Of a stretch of 64,000 nucleotides of DNA, positions 55,807 to 64,000 are shown piece by piece. A program made the position numbers and the translations under genes. Below the pieces are notes generated by a model. That model saw only the letters and a list, made by a program, of their open reading frames with translations, was not told where the DNA came from and searched no databases. The stretch is from an uncultured virus (IMG/VR IMGVR_UViG_3300027156_000007) (Duplodnaviria; Heunggongvirae; Uroviricota; Caudoviricetes): IMG/VR virus record IMGVR_UViG_3300027156_000007, positions 1 through 64,000 of that record, one strand, 5' to 3'. Each line of letters starts with the position of its first letter. Position 1 is the stretch's first letter.

Positions 55807-56928
55807 ATGGCTACTCAACAAGATAAAGATTCATCTTTAAAAGTAAATAGAGAGTTCTTTTCTCTTGAGCCTTCTTCGATAATTTCTTTATTTGAAGTAG
55901 ACTTAACTGAAATTGGATTTGATACTTCTTCTCAGTTCGTAGTTAACATTAAGAATTTTCAAATATCATTGCCGGGAGCAGAAACTGGTGTTTTTAATTA
56001 TAGGGTAATTCGCCTCCACAACAATTTAAAACTTGGAAGGAATATTATTTATTGGAAAGGTAATGCGTATCTACCTGCTCCGCTTTCCACAGAAGGTTTT
56101 GAAATAGCTTCAAGAGGCGTATTTCCTAAACCTAAAATTCAGATTAGCTTTTCTGATGATATGCTTGATGTGTTTAGCCTCTTTAGAGGAACTGTTAACT
56201 TCGGAGATTTAATTGGGGCTAAGTTTACCAGAATTAGAACATTTGCTAAATTCCTTGACAGATCAAATTTCTATCAAAATGATGGAACCTCTCCTCTATC
56301 GCCAGATAAACTTATAATACCAGAAGGATTTGACCCTGATCCTAATTGCGAGTTTCCTAGAGATATTTATTATTTTGACAGAAAATCTTCTGAAAACAAA
56401 AATAGTATTCAATTTGAACTATCAAGTGCTATAGATCTAGACAGAGCTAAACTCCCTAAACGAAGAGTATTAAGTTATATTTGTCCTTGGCAATATAGAG
56501 GAGAAGGTTGTCTCTATGAATATAAAGAAAAACTAACTGAAGATACTCATGGCACTATAACCCCAATACCAAATAAAAGTGATTCTACTGGAGAAAAAGC
56601 TCCTGTTTGCGCCACTGAAGATGATCAAATAATCTCAAAGATGCCAATCTTTTCTGGCACAACAGTAGGAACTAATAAAATAGAATCTTGGAAACTCTCA
56701 ACAACTTATAACAAAGGCGATGTAGTAGTTATTAATAAGAAAAACATTAATTTCTATTTCGTTGCCAAGACAAACGTTCCCATGAATATCCCTCCTCCAA
56801 ATGGAGAATATTGGATAGCTGACCAATGCTCTAAGAGTATAAAAGGTTGTAAAATAAGATTTGGAGAAAACGCTTTACCTTTTGGTGGATTCTACGGAGT
56901 ATCTAATTACAATAGAGGAGCATTGTAA
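55807..56928 (+). CDS. Lambda gpL-like minor tail protein
   Basis: RIRTFAKFLD, FELSS, CPWQYRGEGC and DQCSKSIKGCKIRF...FGGF. Confidence 0.9.
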   Translation: MATQQDKDSSLKVNREFFSLEPSSIISLFEVDLTEIGFDTSSQFVVNIKNFQISLPGAETGVFNYRVIRLHNNLKLGRNIIYWKGNAYLPAPLSTEGFEIASRGVFPKPKIQISFSDDMLDVFSLFRGTVNFGDLIGAKFTRIRTFAKFLDRSNFYQNDGTSPLSPDKLIIPEGFDPDPNCEFPRDIYYFDRKSSENKNSIQFELSSAIDLDRAKLPKRRVLSYICPWQYRGEGCLYEYKEKLTEDTHGTITPIPNKSDSTGEKAPVCATEDDQIISKMPIFSGTTVGTNKIESWKLSTTYNKGDVVVINKKNINFYFVAKTNVPMNIPPPNGEYWIADQCSKSIKGCKIRFGENALPFGGFYGVSNYNRGAL

Positions 56929-57686
56929 TGGTTTCGGATGAAATAAAAGCAAAAATAAAAGAACACGCGCTAAAGGAAAATCCTGAAGAATGCTGCGGTC
57001 TTTTAGTTCTAAATAGAAAAAATATCCTAGAAGCATTTCCATGCAGGAATGCTGCTCAAGATAAAGAAAATGAATTCGTTGTATGCCAAATGGACTACCT
57101 CAAAGCCTCAATGAATGGCAAAGTGGCTGGCATTTATCATTCTCACTGTATTCAAGACAATTCTTTTTCTGAACTAGACAAGCAAATTAGTTCTAATTTA
57201 AAACTAAAGAATATCGTTTATATACTAAAAAGAGATTCTTTTGAAGAGTATTCTCCTGAAAATTACTATAATAAATACATAAACAAAAACTTTGTTATTA
57301 ATCAATCTGACTGTTTATCAATAGTAGAGAATTATTATAATGAAGAATTTGGCATTAAGATTTTCCATTACGAAAGAGGGGTAGATTGGGATAAAAACTA
57401 CGCAGATTTTGTTAAAAATAAACTAACAGAGTTTTGTGATTCAGAGAACTTTGACAAATTCTTTGAAAAAGAAAACTTTATCAAAATAGAAGGTATAGAA
57501 AACGCTAAAAAACATGATATTATTGTGTTCAAGTATTTAGATAACTATCCTTCTCATTTTGGCATTTACCTTGAACAAGGTTATATTTTGCACCAACCAA
57601 GAAATAAAAAGTCAATAATAGAAAAACTAACAAACGCAGAGAAGAGAAGGATCTATTGTTTTGCAAGGAGTAAACAATTATGTTAA
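56928..57686 (+). CDS. Lambda gpK-like (JAB/MPN + NlpC/P60), copy 1
   Basis: EECCG, YHSH...SELD; SDCLS, HFGIY and LHQ. Confidence 0.85.
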   Translation: MVSDEIKAKIKEHALKENPEECCGLLVLNRKNILEAFPCRNAAQDKENEFVVCQMDYLKASMNGKVAGIYHSHCIQDNSFSELDKQISSNLKLKNIVYILKRDSFEEYSPENYYNKYINKNFVINQSDCLSIVENYYNEEFGIKIFHYERGVDWDKNYADFVKNKLTEFCDSENFDKFFEKENFIKIEGIENAKKHDIIVFKYLDNYPSHFGIYLEQGYILHQPRNKKSIIEKLTNAEKRRIYCFARSKQLC

Positions 57687-58426
57687 CAGAAGAGCTTAAA
57701 AATAAAATCATAGAACACGCTAATACTTCTAATAATGAAGTATGCGGCGTTTTAGTACATACAGATAATGGACTAGAGGTACAAAAGAAAGATAACCTCA
57801 TTAATTCAGCTACTGAATTTGCGATGGATATTTATAGCCAATCTAATTTTGCGGCTTATTATCATTCTCATATAGATTTTGATGCTATTTCAAATGCAGA
57901 CGAAATTGTTTCTGAAAGGCTAGGCTTACCATGTATAGTTTATAATAAACAGAGTGGAGTTTTTCACATCTATTATCCAAATGGATATAAAATTCAATAT
58001 ACAGACAGACCTTTTCTTTTAGGTTTTGCTGATTGCCTTTGGTTAGTAAAAGATTATTTCTGTCATGATTTAAATATTCATTTATGCCCAGAGTTAGAGG
58101 TTCTAAAAGAATCTGTATCTGAGCAAGAGTATAATGATATAGTAACTAAAAGATTCACAGACGAAGAAGCCGCATTAAAGGAAAAAGATAATTATTTAAA
58201 GAGATATTTTGAGTACAACGGTTTTAGAGAAGTTTCTAATTTTAAAAAGAACGATGTTCTAATAATGAGAACAAGAGGTTATAATTTTCCTATCCATTGC
58301 GCTGTTTATCTTGGAGAAGATACTATTTTACATCACCCCGGAAATAAGCGTTCTCTTACCGAAAAGCTTTCTAACCAATACAAAAAATGGGTAATTTATA
58401 TAATGAGACATCACCTTTATGACTAG
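57680..58426 (+). CDS. Lambda gpK-like (JAB/MPN + NlpC/P60), copy 2
   Basis: NEVCG, YHSH...SNAD; ADCLW, HCAVY and LHH. Confidence 0.85.
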   Translation: MLTEELKNKIIEHANTSNNEVCGVLVHTDNGLEVQKKDNLINSATEFAMDIYSQSNFAAYYHSHIDFDAISNADEIVSERLGLPCIVYNKQSGVFHIYYPNGYKIQYTDRPFLLGFADCLWLVKDYFCHDLNIHLCPELEVLKESVSEQEYNDIVTKRFTDEEAALKEKDNYLKRYFEYNGFREVSNFKKNDVLIMRTRGYNFPIHCAVYLGEDTILHHPGNKRSLTEKLSNQYKKWVIYIMRHHLYD

Positions 58427-59144
58427 CATTACCTTACACGGAGAAATAGCAGAGCAAGTGGGAAGAGAAAATTGGAATTTAAAAGTAAATTCCATAAAGG
58501 AAGCATTGCGAGCTATTCAAGTCTTATCTAAAGGCAAACTCCTAAAATATCTAATAGGAGCAGCAGAAAAAAGCGTAGAGTATAAAGTGCTTGTTAATAA
58601 GAGAGAAATAATGAATCCAGAAAGCATTTCTCTAGAAAAACCAGATTCTATTCTCAATTCTGAATTAGTAATGATTAACGAAAAGCTAGAAACCTTAGAT
58701 ATCGTTCCAATTATTAGGGGTGCTGGTGGAGGAGGCGGAAACAATACGACCAAAGGAGTCTTAGCTTTAGTTCTTGGCGTTTTGCTAATAGCCACAGGCG
58801 TTTTTGCGCCAGTTGGGTTTGGGCTTGGGCTATCTGCTACAGCAAGTGCGACTTTATCAGGAGCATTAATTGGAGCAGGTATAGGATTAGCTGTAACAGG
58901 TATTACATTGTTAATGATGTCGCCTCCAAAATTTGATGATTTTAGAAAAATCCAAGAAGATGGCAGCAAGCCAAACTACTTATTTGACGGACCTTCTAAC
59001 ATTCTTGGAGAAGGTGGTCCTGTTCCAATTGGTTATGGTAGAATGAAAATAGGATCTCAGACAGTTGAGGTATCTGTCAATAATATTGAGCTAGATAATA
59101 AATCAACAGCAGCAGACGTAAAAGACCAAATAAATAATATATAA
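58419..59144 (+). CDS. Lambda gpI-like tail assembly protein
   Basis: ITLHGEI, IVPIIRGAG, hydrophobic Gly-rich segment, YLFDG and GGPVPIGYGRMKIGS. Confidence 0.88.
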   Translation: MTSITLHGEIAEQVGRENWNLKVNSIKEALRAIQVLSKGKLLKYLIGAAEKSVEYKVLVNKREIMNPESISLEKPDSILNSELVMINEKLETLDIVPIIRGAGGGGGNNTTKGVLALVLGVLLIATGVFAPVGFGLGLSATASATLSGALIGAGIGLAVTGITLLMMSPPKFDDFRKIQEDGSKPNYLFDGPSNILGEGGPVPIGYGRMKIGSQTVEVSVNNIELDNKSTAADVKDQINNI

Positions 59145-59145
59145 A

Positions 59146-62100
59146 ATGAACAATCTTGAAGATTTTAAATACATAAAAGGTTTTGGTGGAGGTGGAGCAA
59201 GCGTAGCTCCAACGCCAACTGCTGCATATGAAGATGTCGAGGGATTTGTATATGATGGACTTACTTATAACGTATATCAATTTGCCAAAGTAAAAGATCT
59301 TTTGTCAGAAGGACCAATTGGAGGTCTTCTTGAGGGGCAATATAGTTTTTCAGGGCAAGTTGGAGACCTAGGATTTAAAAAAGTCACTTATAATGAATAC
59401 CCATCAGTTGTGGGCAGCGATGGAGAATCAAAATATTTAAGATCAGTTCAATGGAATCAAACCCCTCTTTTAGATAGCCAAGATAAATATAATTTCCAAC
59501 AAATAAACATCCAAACAACTAATGGAACTCCAGAAGGAAGTTCGTCAGGAGGAGAGTTCGACAATGTTTCTTACATCCGTTCAATAGGAGAGAGGCTCAG
59601 AGGACCAAATCTACTAGCCGCAACCGAAGACGAAGTGTTAGATTATCAGAGGACTTATCGCATTTTAAACAGAGAATGCAAAAAGATTTCTCTTAATTTT
59701 AGAGTTTCTTCTCTTTATATCAGCTTAAAATATCAAGATTTAAAAGCAATATCAGAAAGAGGTTTAAAAATAGAAGGAGTAACAAGCGCAAACGTAAGCA
59801 GTGCTACATTCACATTAGATCCAACAAGTAGAGATACTGAATTAACGAATGGACAAACATTAGATGCTGGTGTGGGTTCTGTAATTCGTCACAACTTTAA
59901 AATAAGAATAAGAATTTCGCCAATTTACAAAGAAGGCTACAATGGCAACTCCGCAGTACTTGATCTAATTTCAGATAAAGCCAAAGTAATTGATGATTCT
60001 AAAGACTTAGCTGTCACAGTGGACACTTTCCCTCAAATATTTGAACTAGAATCAAAAGGAAAAATTACTCAAGGATATTCTAAACAAATTATTTTTGATA
60101 CCTCTTCCAACTTTCTCTCATTGAATGAAAATGAAAATTGGTTAGGTTGGGATATTTCAGTATTAAAGATCACCCCAGAAGACACTTATTCTTCAAGAGC
60201 TTCTTTCATAAGTTTAGAAAGTATTACTGAAATATATTCTTCTTCGTTTAGATATACAAATTCCGCTATTGTAACTTCTAAGTTTAACGCTGCGTATTTC
60301 TCAAAGATTCCAGAAAGATCTTATGATGTCAAATTATTAAAGGTTAAGGTTCCTGCTAATTATGATCCAATAACAAAAACCTATGGAAATACAACTCCAC
60401 TTTCAATTACAGCTACTAATTCATTCGCTAAAACTGATAAAGTAATCACAACAGATTTCTTTGTTGGAGAAAACAATGTATATACAAATTCAGACAATGT
60501 TAATCCTCCAATTACAGATGGATTAATTGCTCAATTTGATGCAAGCAACCCTTCTTTAACTACTACTTCAGCAGGAGCAGTGACTAATTGGCCCAATACT
60601 GTAGCTGGATCAACTATAAAATGCGTTTTAGGAAACGGAACTTATGCATCTCCAAATGGAAGTGCTGAGAGGCCAACATATGGGTCATCATATTCAGAAC
60701 AAAGTCCAAATGGAAGCTATGGTGTTTCATTTACAACTACTCAAAAAGCAAAATTTGTTTATCAAGTTGAAGCAACTCCATTAGCTGATGCTAGTAATAA
60801 TTATACTGTATTTGCTGTCTGTAAATGGGACGATACCGCAACTAACACAGAAAGAAATAGAATACTTTCTTCTTCTACTTCAGCAGATTCTTTTGTTTTA
60901 GGATTTGACGCTAAATTTAATAGTACTTTTATAATAGGAGCGCAAATATATGGAGTCATGAATCCTAATTTTTATCCATATAATCGTTCTAATTATTGGA
61001 ATACTTCTAACGATACAAATACATATATAGTAGGAGCAAGCGTAAACAATCTAAAAGATGTAAATATATTTTGGCAAAATACTAATTACTTTGTAAGACC
61101 ATATTATAGAGTAGATGCTCCAAAAGGTTTAGCTATTAATTATTCTACACCAACTTCAAGCAAATGTACTGTATTTGAAATACTAGTATATAATAAAGCT
61201 CTATCAAAATCAGATGGTATTAAAATAAGAAACTGGCTTAACAATAAATGGAACGTAACCAGAAATAACGTAACAACCGTTAGTTCTATTGTAGGCTCTT
61301 ATAGTACAAACGTTCTCAACGTGCAGTCAGACACTTATATAAAAATGCCATTAAAAACTTTATGCGCTAATGGTCAAAGAACAAAGGCTTATAATTATAC
61401 AGGAGGAAATTTAGCTCAAAACAACTATTATGAATGGGATTTAATACCACAAAGATATTGGAAAGGAAATGGCCCGAATAATTTTTCTTTAAAAGACCAA
61501 GGATTTTGTAGTTTTTATTGCGACTTCTTTATTAAATTAGGAAGCAGTATTGGAAACGGAAACTATACTCTAATCCATAGAAGCAATCAGTTTAATCTTT
61601 CCATGACGATATCTGGAGAAAACGTAAGCTTGATACTTACAGTTATTTCTCCAAATGAAAGCAAAAATTATACCATTACAAAAGCCTTAGAGTCAACGAA
61701 ATATTCTACGACTAAACTTAAAGCGAATTTTACAAGAATTAGTTTCTATATACTTCCAAAAGTAGTAAAACCAAGTATATCGTACACCACAAACGCAAGT
61801 AGAGTAACTAACATAAATATATCAGATAAAACTTGGACTAATGACTATATAACGGTTAGAAGGACGACAACAGATGGAAACGAAAGAGCGTTAGCACAAG
61901 AACTAAAAGATTTTTATTTAGTAAAAGCAGTAAGTTTTAAAGAAGATACTTCTTATAGTAGTGATATTAACAACTTACCAGAAACTTGTTATAAATATAT
62001 ATACTGTAATTTTAATCAAGGTCAGGTTACTACAGGTGTCGCAGGAAAAACTCCAATTTATGCCCCCGCTATTGAAAGAAGGCTTACTAAAGAATACTTC

Positions 62101-64000
62101 CCAGACATATTAAATGCAGAGATAGATGTTCTAGTTAACCTAGAAAAGCAAATTCAATGTAATATAAATATTTCAAATTATGATGCTTATCAAACTCTTT
62201 GTGTTGGAGCTTTATACAGACCTACTACAGACGCTAATTGGCAAAATGAAATAAATCAAAGAGCGCAAGTAGCTTCACTTACTCAAGCAGCCTTAAATGC
62301 TTATAACAAACTAGAATATCATAAAACATTCGATGGATCTTCTACTTCAGTAAGCTTAAGTTCTTCTCAGAGTGAAGTTAAAGTGCTTATCCCTCTTGCT
62401 GCTGGACAAATTTACGACGCAGTAAATACAAAAACTGGTCCTTTCATTCCTTCTTATTTTATAACTAATAATAATCAAATAGAAATCTTTACATCACCCG
62501 CTGGCTTCGGTGGCAAAATACAAGGTTATGCTGATTCTATTAGAGTAAATCAAATTGATTTCGACAGGCTTTCTTTGGCTAAATCATTTGCGAGAAATCT
62601 TTTCTCAGAAGGTCTTTCTAGAAAAACTACTGTTTATGACGTAGCAGGAGTATTGCCTTATTCTACATCAAATGATTATTGGGATGGAGAATTTAAAACT
62701 GAAAAAGAATGGACAGATAATCCAGCTTGGTGTTTCTATGATCTTTTAACAAATAAGAGATATGGAGTAGGTAACTATGTTACAGAAAATGACGTAGACA
62801 AATGGTCTCTTTATCAAATAGCTAAATATTGCGATGAACTTGTCTCAGATGGATTTGGAGGAGTAGAACCAAGATTTACATGTAACGTTTATTTACAAAC
62901 GCAAGATGATGCTCTTAAAGTATTGTCTGATATGGCTTCTGTATTTAGAGGAATGTTCTATTATTCAAATGGATTCATTTACGCCATAAATGATATGCCA
63001 GAAGATACCCCTATTTATTCTTTCACTAATTCAAATGTATCTGATGGTAATTTTACTTACGAATCTACATCATTAAAAGACAGAAATTCTGTGGTCTATA
63101 TTAGATATATTGATAAGAATAATTTTTATAAACCAGCAGTAGAATATGTAGAAAATATCGAGGCTGTTAGAAAATTTGGTTTTAAAGAAACCGAATTAAC
63201 TGCCTTTGGATGCACAAGCAGAGGCCAAGCTCAAAGACTTGGCAGATGGTTATTAGCTTCAGAATACAATGAAACAGAAACAGTTTCTTTTGAAGCTGGC
63301 CCAGAATGCGTATACTTAAAACCCGGAGATGTAATTAAAGTCTACGATTATAATAGAAAATATAAAACAGTAGGCGGAAGATTAAATAATATTAACATCT
63401 CTGGAGACACAAATGTAACTACTGGAATACTAACTCTAGATAGAAAACTTGATTTTAACTTTTCTGGAAATCAAAATTATAAGCTAACCATACTTTCTCC
63501 CAAGTATAATCTAGATCCTAGTTTTAAAGACGCAGCAGGAAACAGTATCGTTACCAGTAACCTTGATTATAATGATTATAGAAAGCCTCTTACTAATTCA
63601 TTCATAGTAGGAAGCGGCAACTTAATTACTGGTCAATATTATGATTCAATTAGAATTACTGGACTAGCCCCAGTAATAGCTTCTACGTTAAATGTAACTG
63701 GTTTGTCTTACTTTACAGGAGCATCAGGAATGTCTCCAAAGTCAATAACTTGGGCTTTAGAAAACTCTGGAAATCTTAATGGATCTACGGATAGTGATTA
63801 TGATTTCTATAGAGTATTTAGAATACAAGAGTCTACAGAAGGAAGTAATTATACAGTAATTGGCTCGCAGATGTATCACTTAAAGTATGCTCAAATAGAA
63901 TCTGGATTAAATATCACGCCAGCAAAACCACCAGCACCAGAAGCTTCCGCCCCTTCAAGAGCATTATTTACTCTTGGCGTTGCAGAGGCTAATGGAGTAG
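59146..64000 (+). CDS. Lambda gpJ-like tail tip/host-specificity protein (partial, runs off window)
   Basis: Not in ORF track (no stop in window). MNNLEDFKYIKGFGGGG..., DLLSEGPI, KVKVPANYDP, WDGEFK, WTDNPAWCFYDLLTNKRYG, YCDELV, EPRFTCN and GCTSRGQAQRLGRW. Confidence 0.9.
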   Translation, partial: MNNLEDFKYIKGFGGGGASVAPTPTAAYEDVEGFVYDGLTYNVYQFAKVKDLLSEGPIGGLLEGQYSFSGQVGDLGFKKVTYNEYPSVVGSDGESKYLRSVQWNQTPLLDSQDKYNFQQINIQTTNGTPEGSSSGGEFDNVSYIRSIGERLRGPNLLAATEDEVLDYQRTYRILNRECKKISLNFRVSSLYISLKYQDLKAISERGLKIEGVTSANVSSATFTLDPTSRDTELTNGQTLDAGVGSVIRHNFKIRIRISPIYKEGYNGNSAVLDLISDKAKVIDDSKDLAVTVDTFPQIFELESKGKITQGYSKQIIFDTSSNFLSLNENENWLGWDISVLKITPEDTYSSRASFISLESITEIYSSSFRYTNSAIVTSKFNAAYFSKIPERSYDVKLLKVKVPANYDPITKTYGNTTPLSITATNSFAKTDKVITTDFFVGENNVYTNSDNVNPPITDGLIAQFDASNPSLTTTSAGAVTNWPNTVAGSTIKCVLGNGTYASPNGSAERPTYGSSYSEQSPNGSYGVSFTTTQKAKFVYQVEATPLADASNNYTVFAVCKWDDTATNTERNRILSSSTSADSFVLGFDAKFNSTFIIGAQIYGVMNPNFYPYNRSNYWNTSNDTNTYIVGASVNNLKDVNIFWQNTNYFVRPYYRVDAPKGLAINYSTPTSSKCTVFEILVYNKALSKSDGIKIRNWLNNKWNVTRNNVTTVSSIVGSYSTNVLNVQSDTYIKMPLKTLCANGQRTKAYNYTGGNLAQNNYYEWDLIPQRYWKGNGPNNFSLKDQGFCSFYCDFFIKLGSSIGNGNYTLIHRSNQFNLSMTISGENVSLILTVISPNESKNYTITKALESTKYSTTKLKANFTRISFYILPKVVKPSISYTTNASRVTNINISDKTWTNDYITVRRTTTDGNERALAQELKDFYLVKAVSFKEDTSYSSDINNLPETCYKYIYCNFNQGQVTTGVAGKTPIYAPAIERRLTKEYFPDILNAEIDVLVNLEKQIQCNINISNYDAYQTLCVGALYRPTTDANWQNEINQRAQVASLTQAALNAYNKLEYHKTFDGSSTSVSLSSSQSEVKVLIPLAAGQIYDAVNTKTGPFIPSYFITNNNQIEIFTSPAGFGGKIQGYADSIRVNQIDFDRLSLAKSFARNLFSEGLSRKTTVYDVAGVLPYSTSNDYWDGEFKTEKEWTDNPAWCFYDLLTNKRYGVGNYVTENDVDKWSLYQIAKYCDELVSDGFGGVEPRFTCNVYLQTQDDALKVLSDMASVFRGMFYYSNGFIYAINDMPEDTPIYSFTNSNVSDGNFTYESTSLKDRNSVVYIRYIDKNNFYKPAVEYVENIEAVRKFGFKETELTAFGCTSRGQAQRLGRWLLASEYNETETVSFEAGPECVYLKPGDVIKVYDYNRKYKTVGGRLNNINISGDTNVTTGILTLDRKLDFNFSGNQNYKLTILSPKYNLDPSFKDAAGNSIVTSNLDYNDYRKPLTNSFIVGSGNLITGQYYDSIRITGLAPVIASTLNVTGLSYFTGASGMSPKSITWALENSGNLNGSTDSDYDFYRVFRIQESTEGSNYTVIGSQMYHLKYAQIESGLNITPAKPPAPEASAPSRALFTLGVAEANGV

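Noticed and set aside
2076..59280. Many 60-190 aa ORFs antisense to or nested in longer genes (e.g. 2086..2442, 5227..5706, 32275..32841, 58517..58969)
   Set aside because: Shadow frames of well-supported genes with no recognisable motifs
60385..62679. Intein or mobile element as the gpJ insertion
   Set aside because: No splice-junction residues or homing endonuclease motifs; composition and motifs are lectin/virion-like
1..64000. Stop-codon reassignment (alternative genetic code)
   Set aside because: Long genes are intact in code 11, and TAA, TAG and TGA all end genes at tight junctions

Overview
64 kb from a large, AT-rich tailed dsDNA phage genome (standard genetic code, densely packed genes, many ATGA/TAATG overlaps, few Shine-Dalgarno sites). 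(1) 1-9932, leftward accessory block: lipoprotein, virion and tail-collar proteins, many small ORFs, cupin, cyclic-phosphate receiver domain, tRNA-Thr(UGU), UvsE, Hsp20, dUTPase and dCMP deaminase. (2) From ~10 kb, rightward: a promoter-driven, highly structured ~320-nt non-coding element, then dNMP kinase-like, sigma factor, SSB-like, GT4 and class II RNR genes. (3) A ~17 kb glycosyltransferase/NDP-sugar island (RfbH-like, ColD-like, Gmd, RmlC, split transketolase, methyltransferases). (4) Replication module: RecA, DnaB, DnaG, Cas4-like nuclease and a Pol III alpha split into PHP, exonuclease and catalytic genes. (5) Divergent tail modules: three tube-like paralogs plus an 1835-aa IPT/LamG protein, and lambda-like M-L-K-K-I-J with a ~765-aa insertion in J. 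Three promoter classes are visible: sigma70-like (mostly leaderless), one sigma54-type, and a recurring GTGTAATA motif. The most novel-looking items are the structured ncRNA at 10438-10758, the non-canonical tRNA overlapping the uvsE stop codon, and the sigma54/enhancer-controlled phage Hsp20. All family calls come from motif recognition by eye, not database searches.
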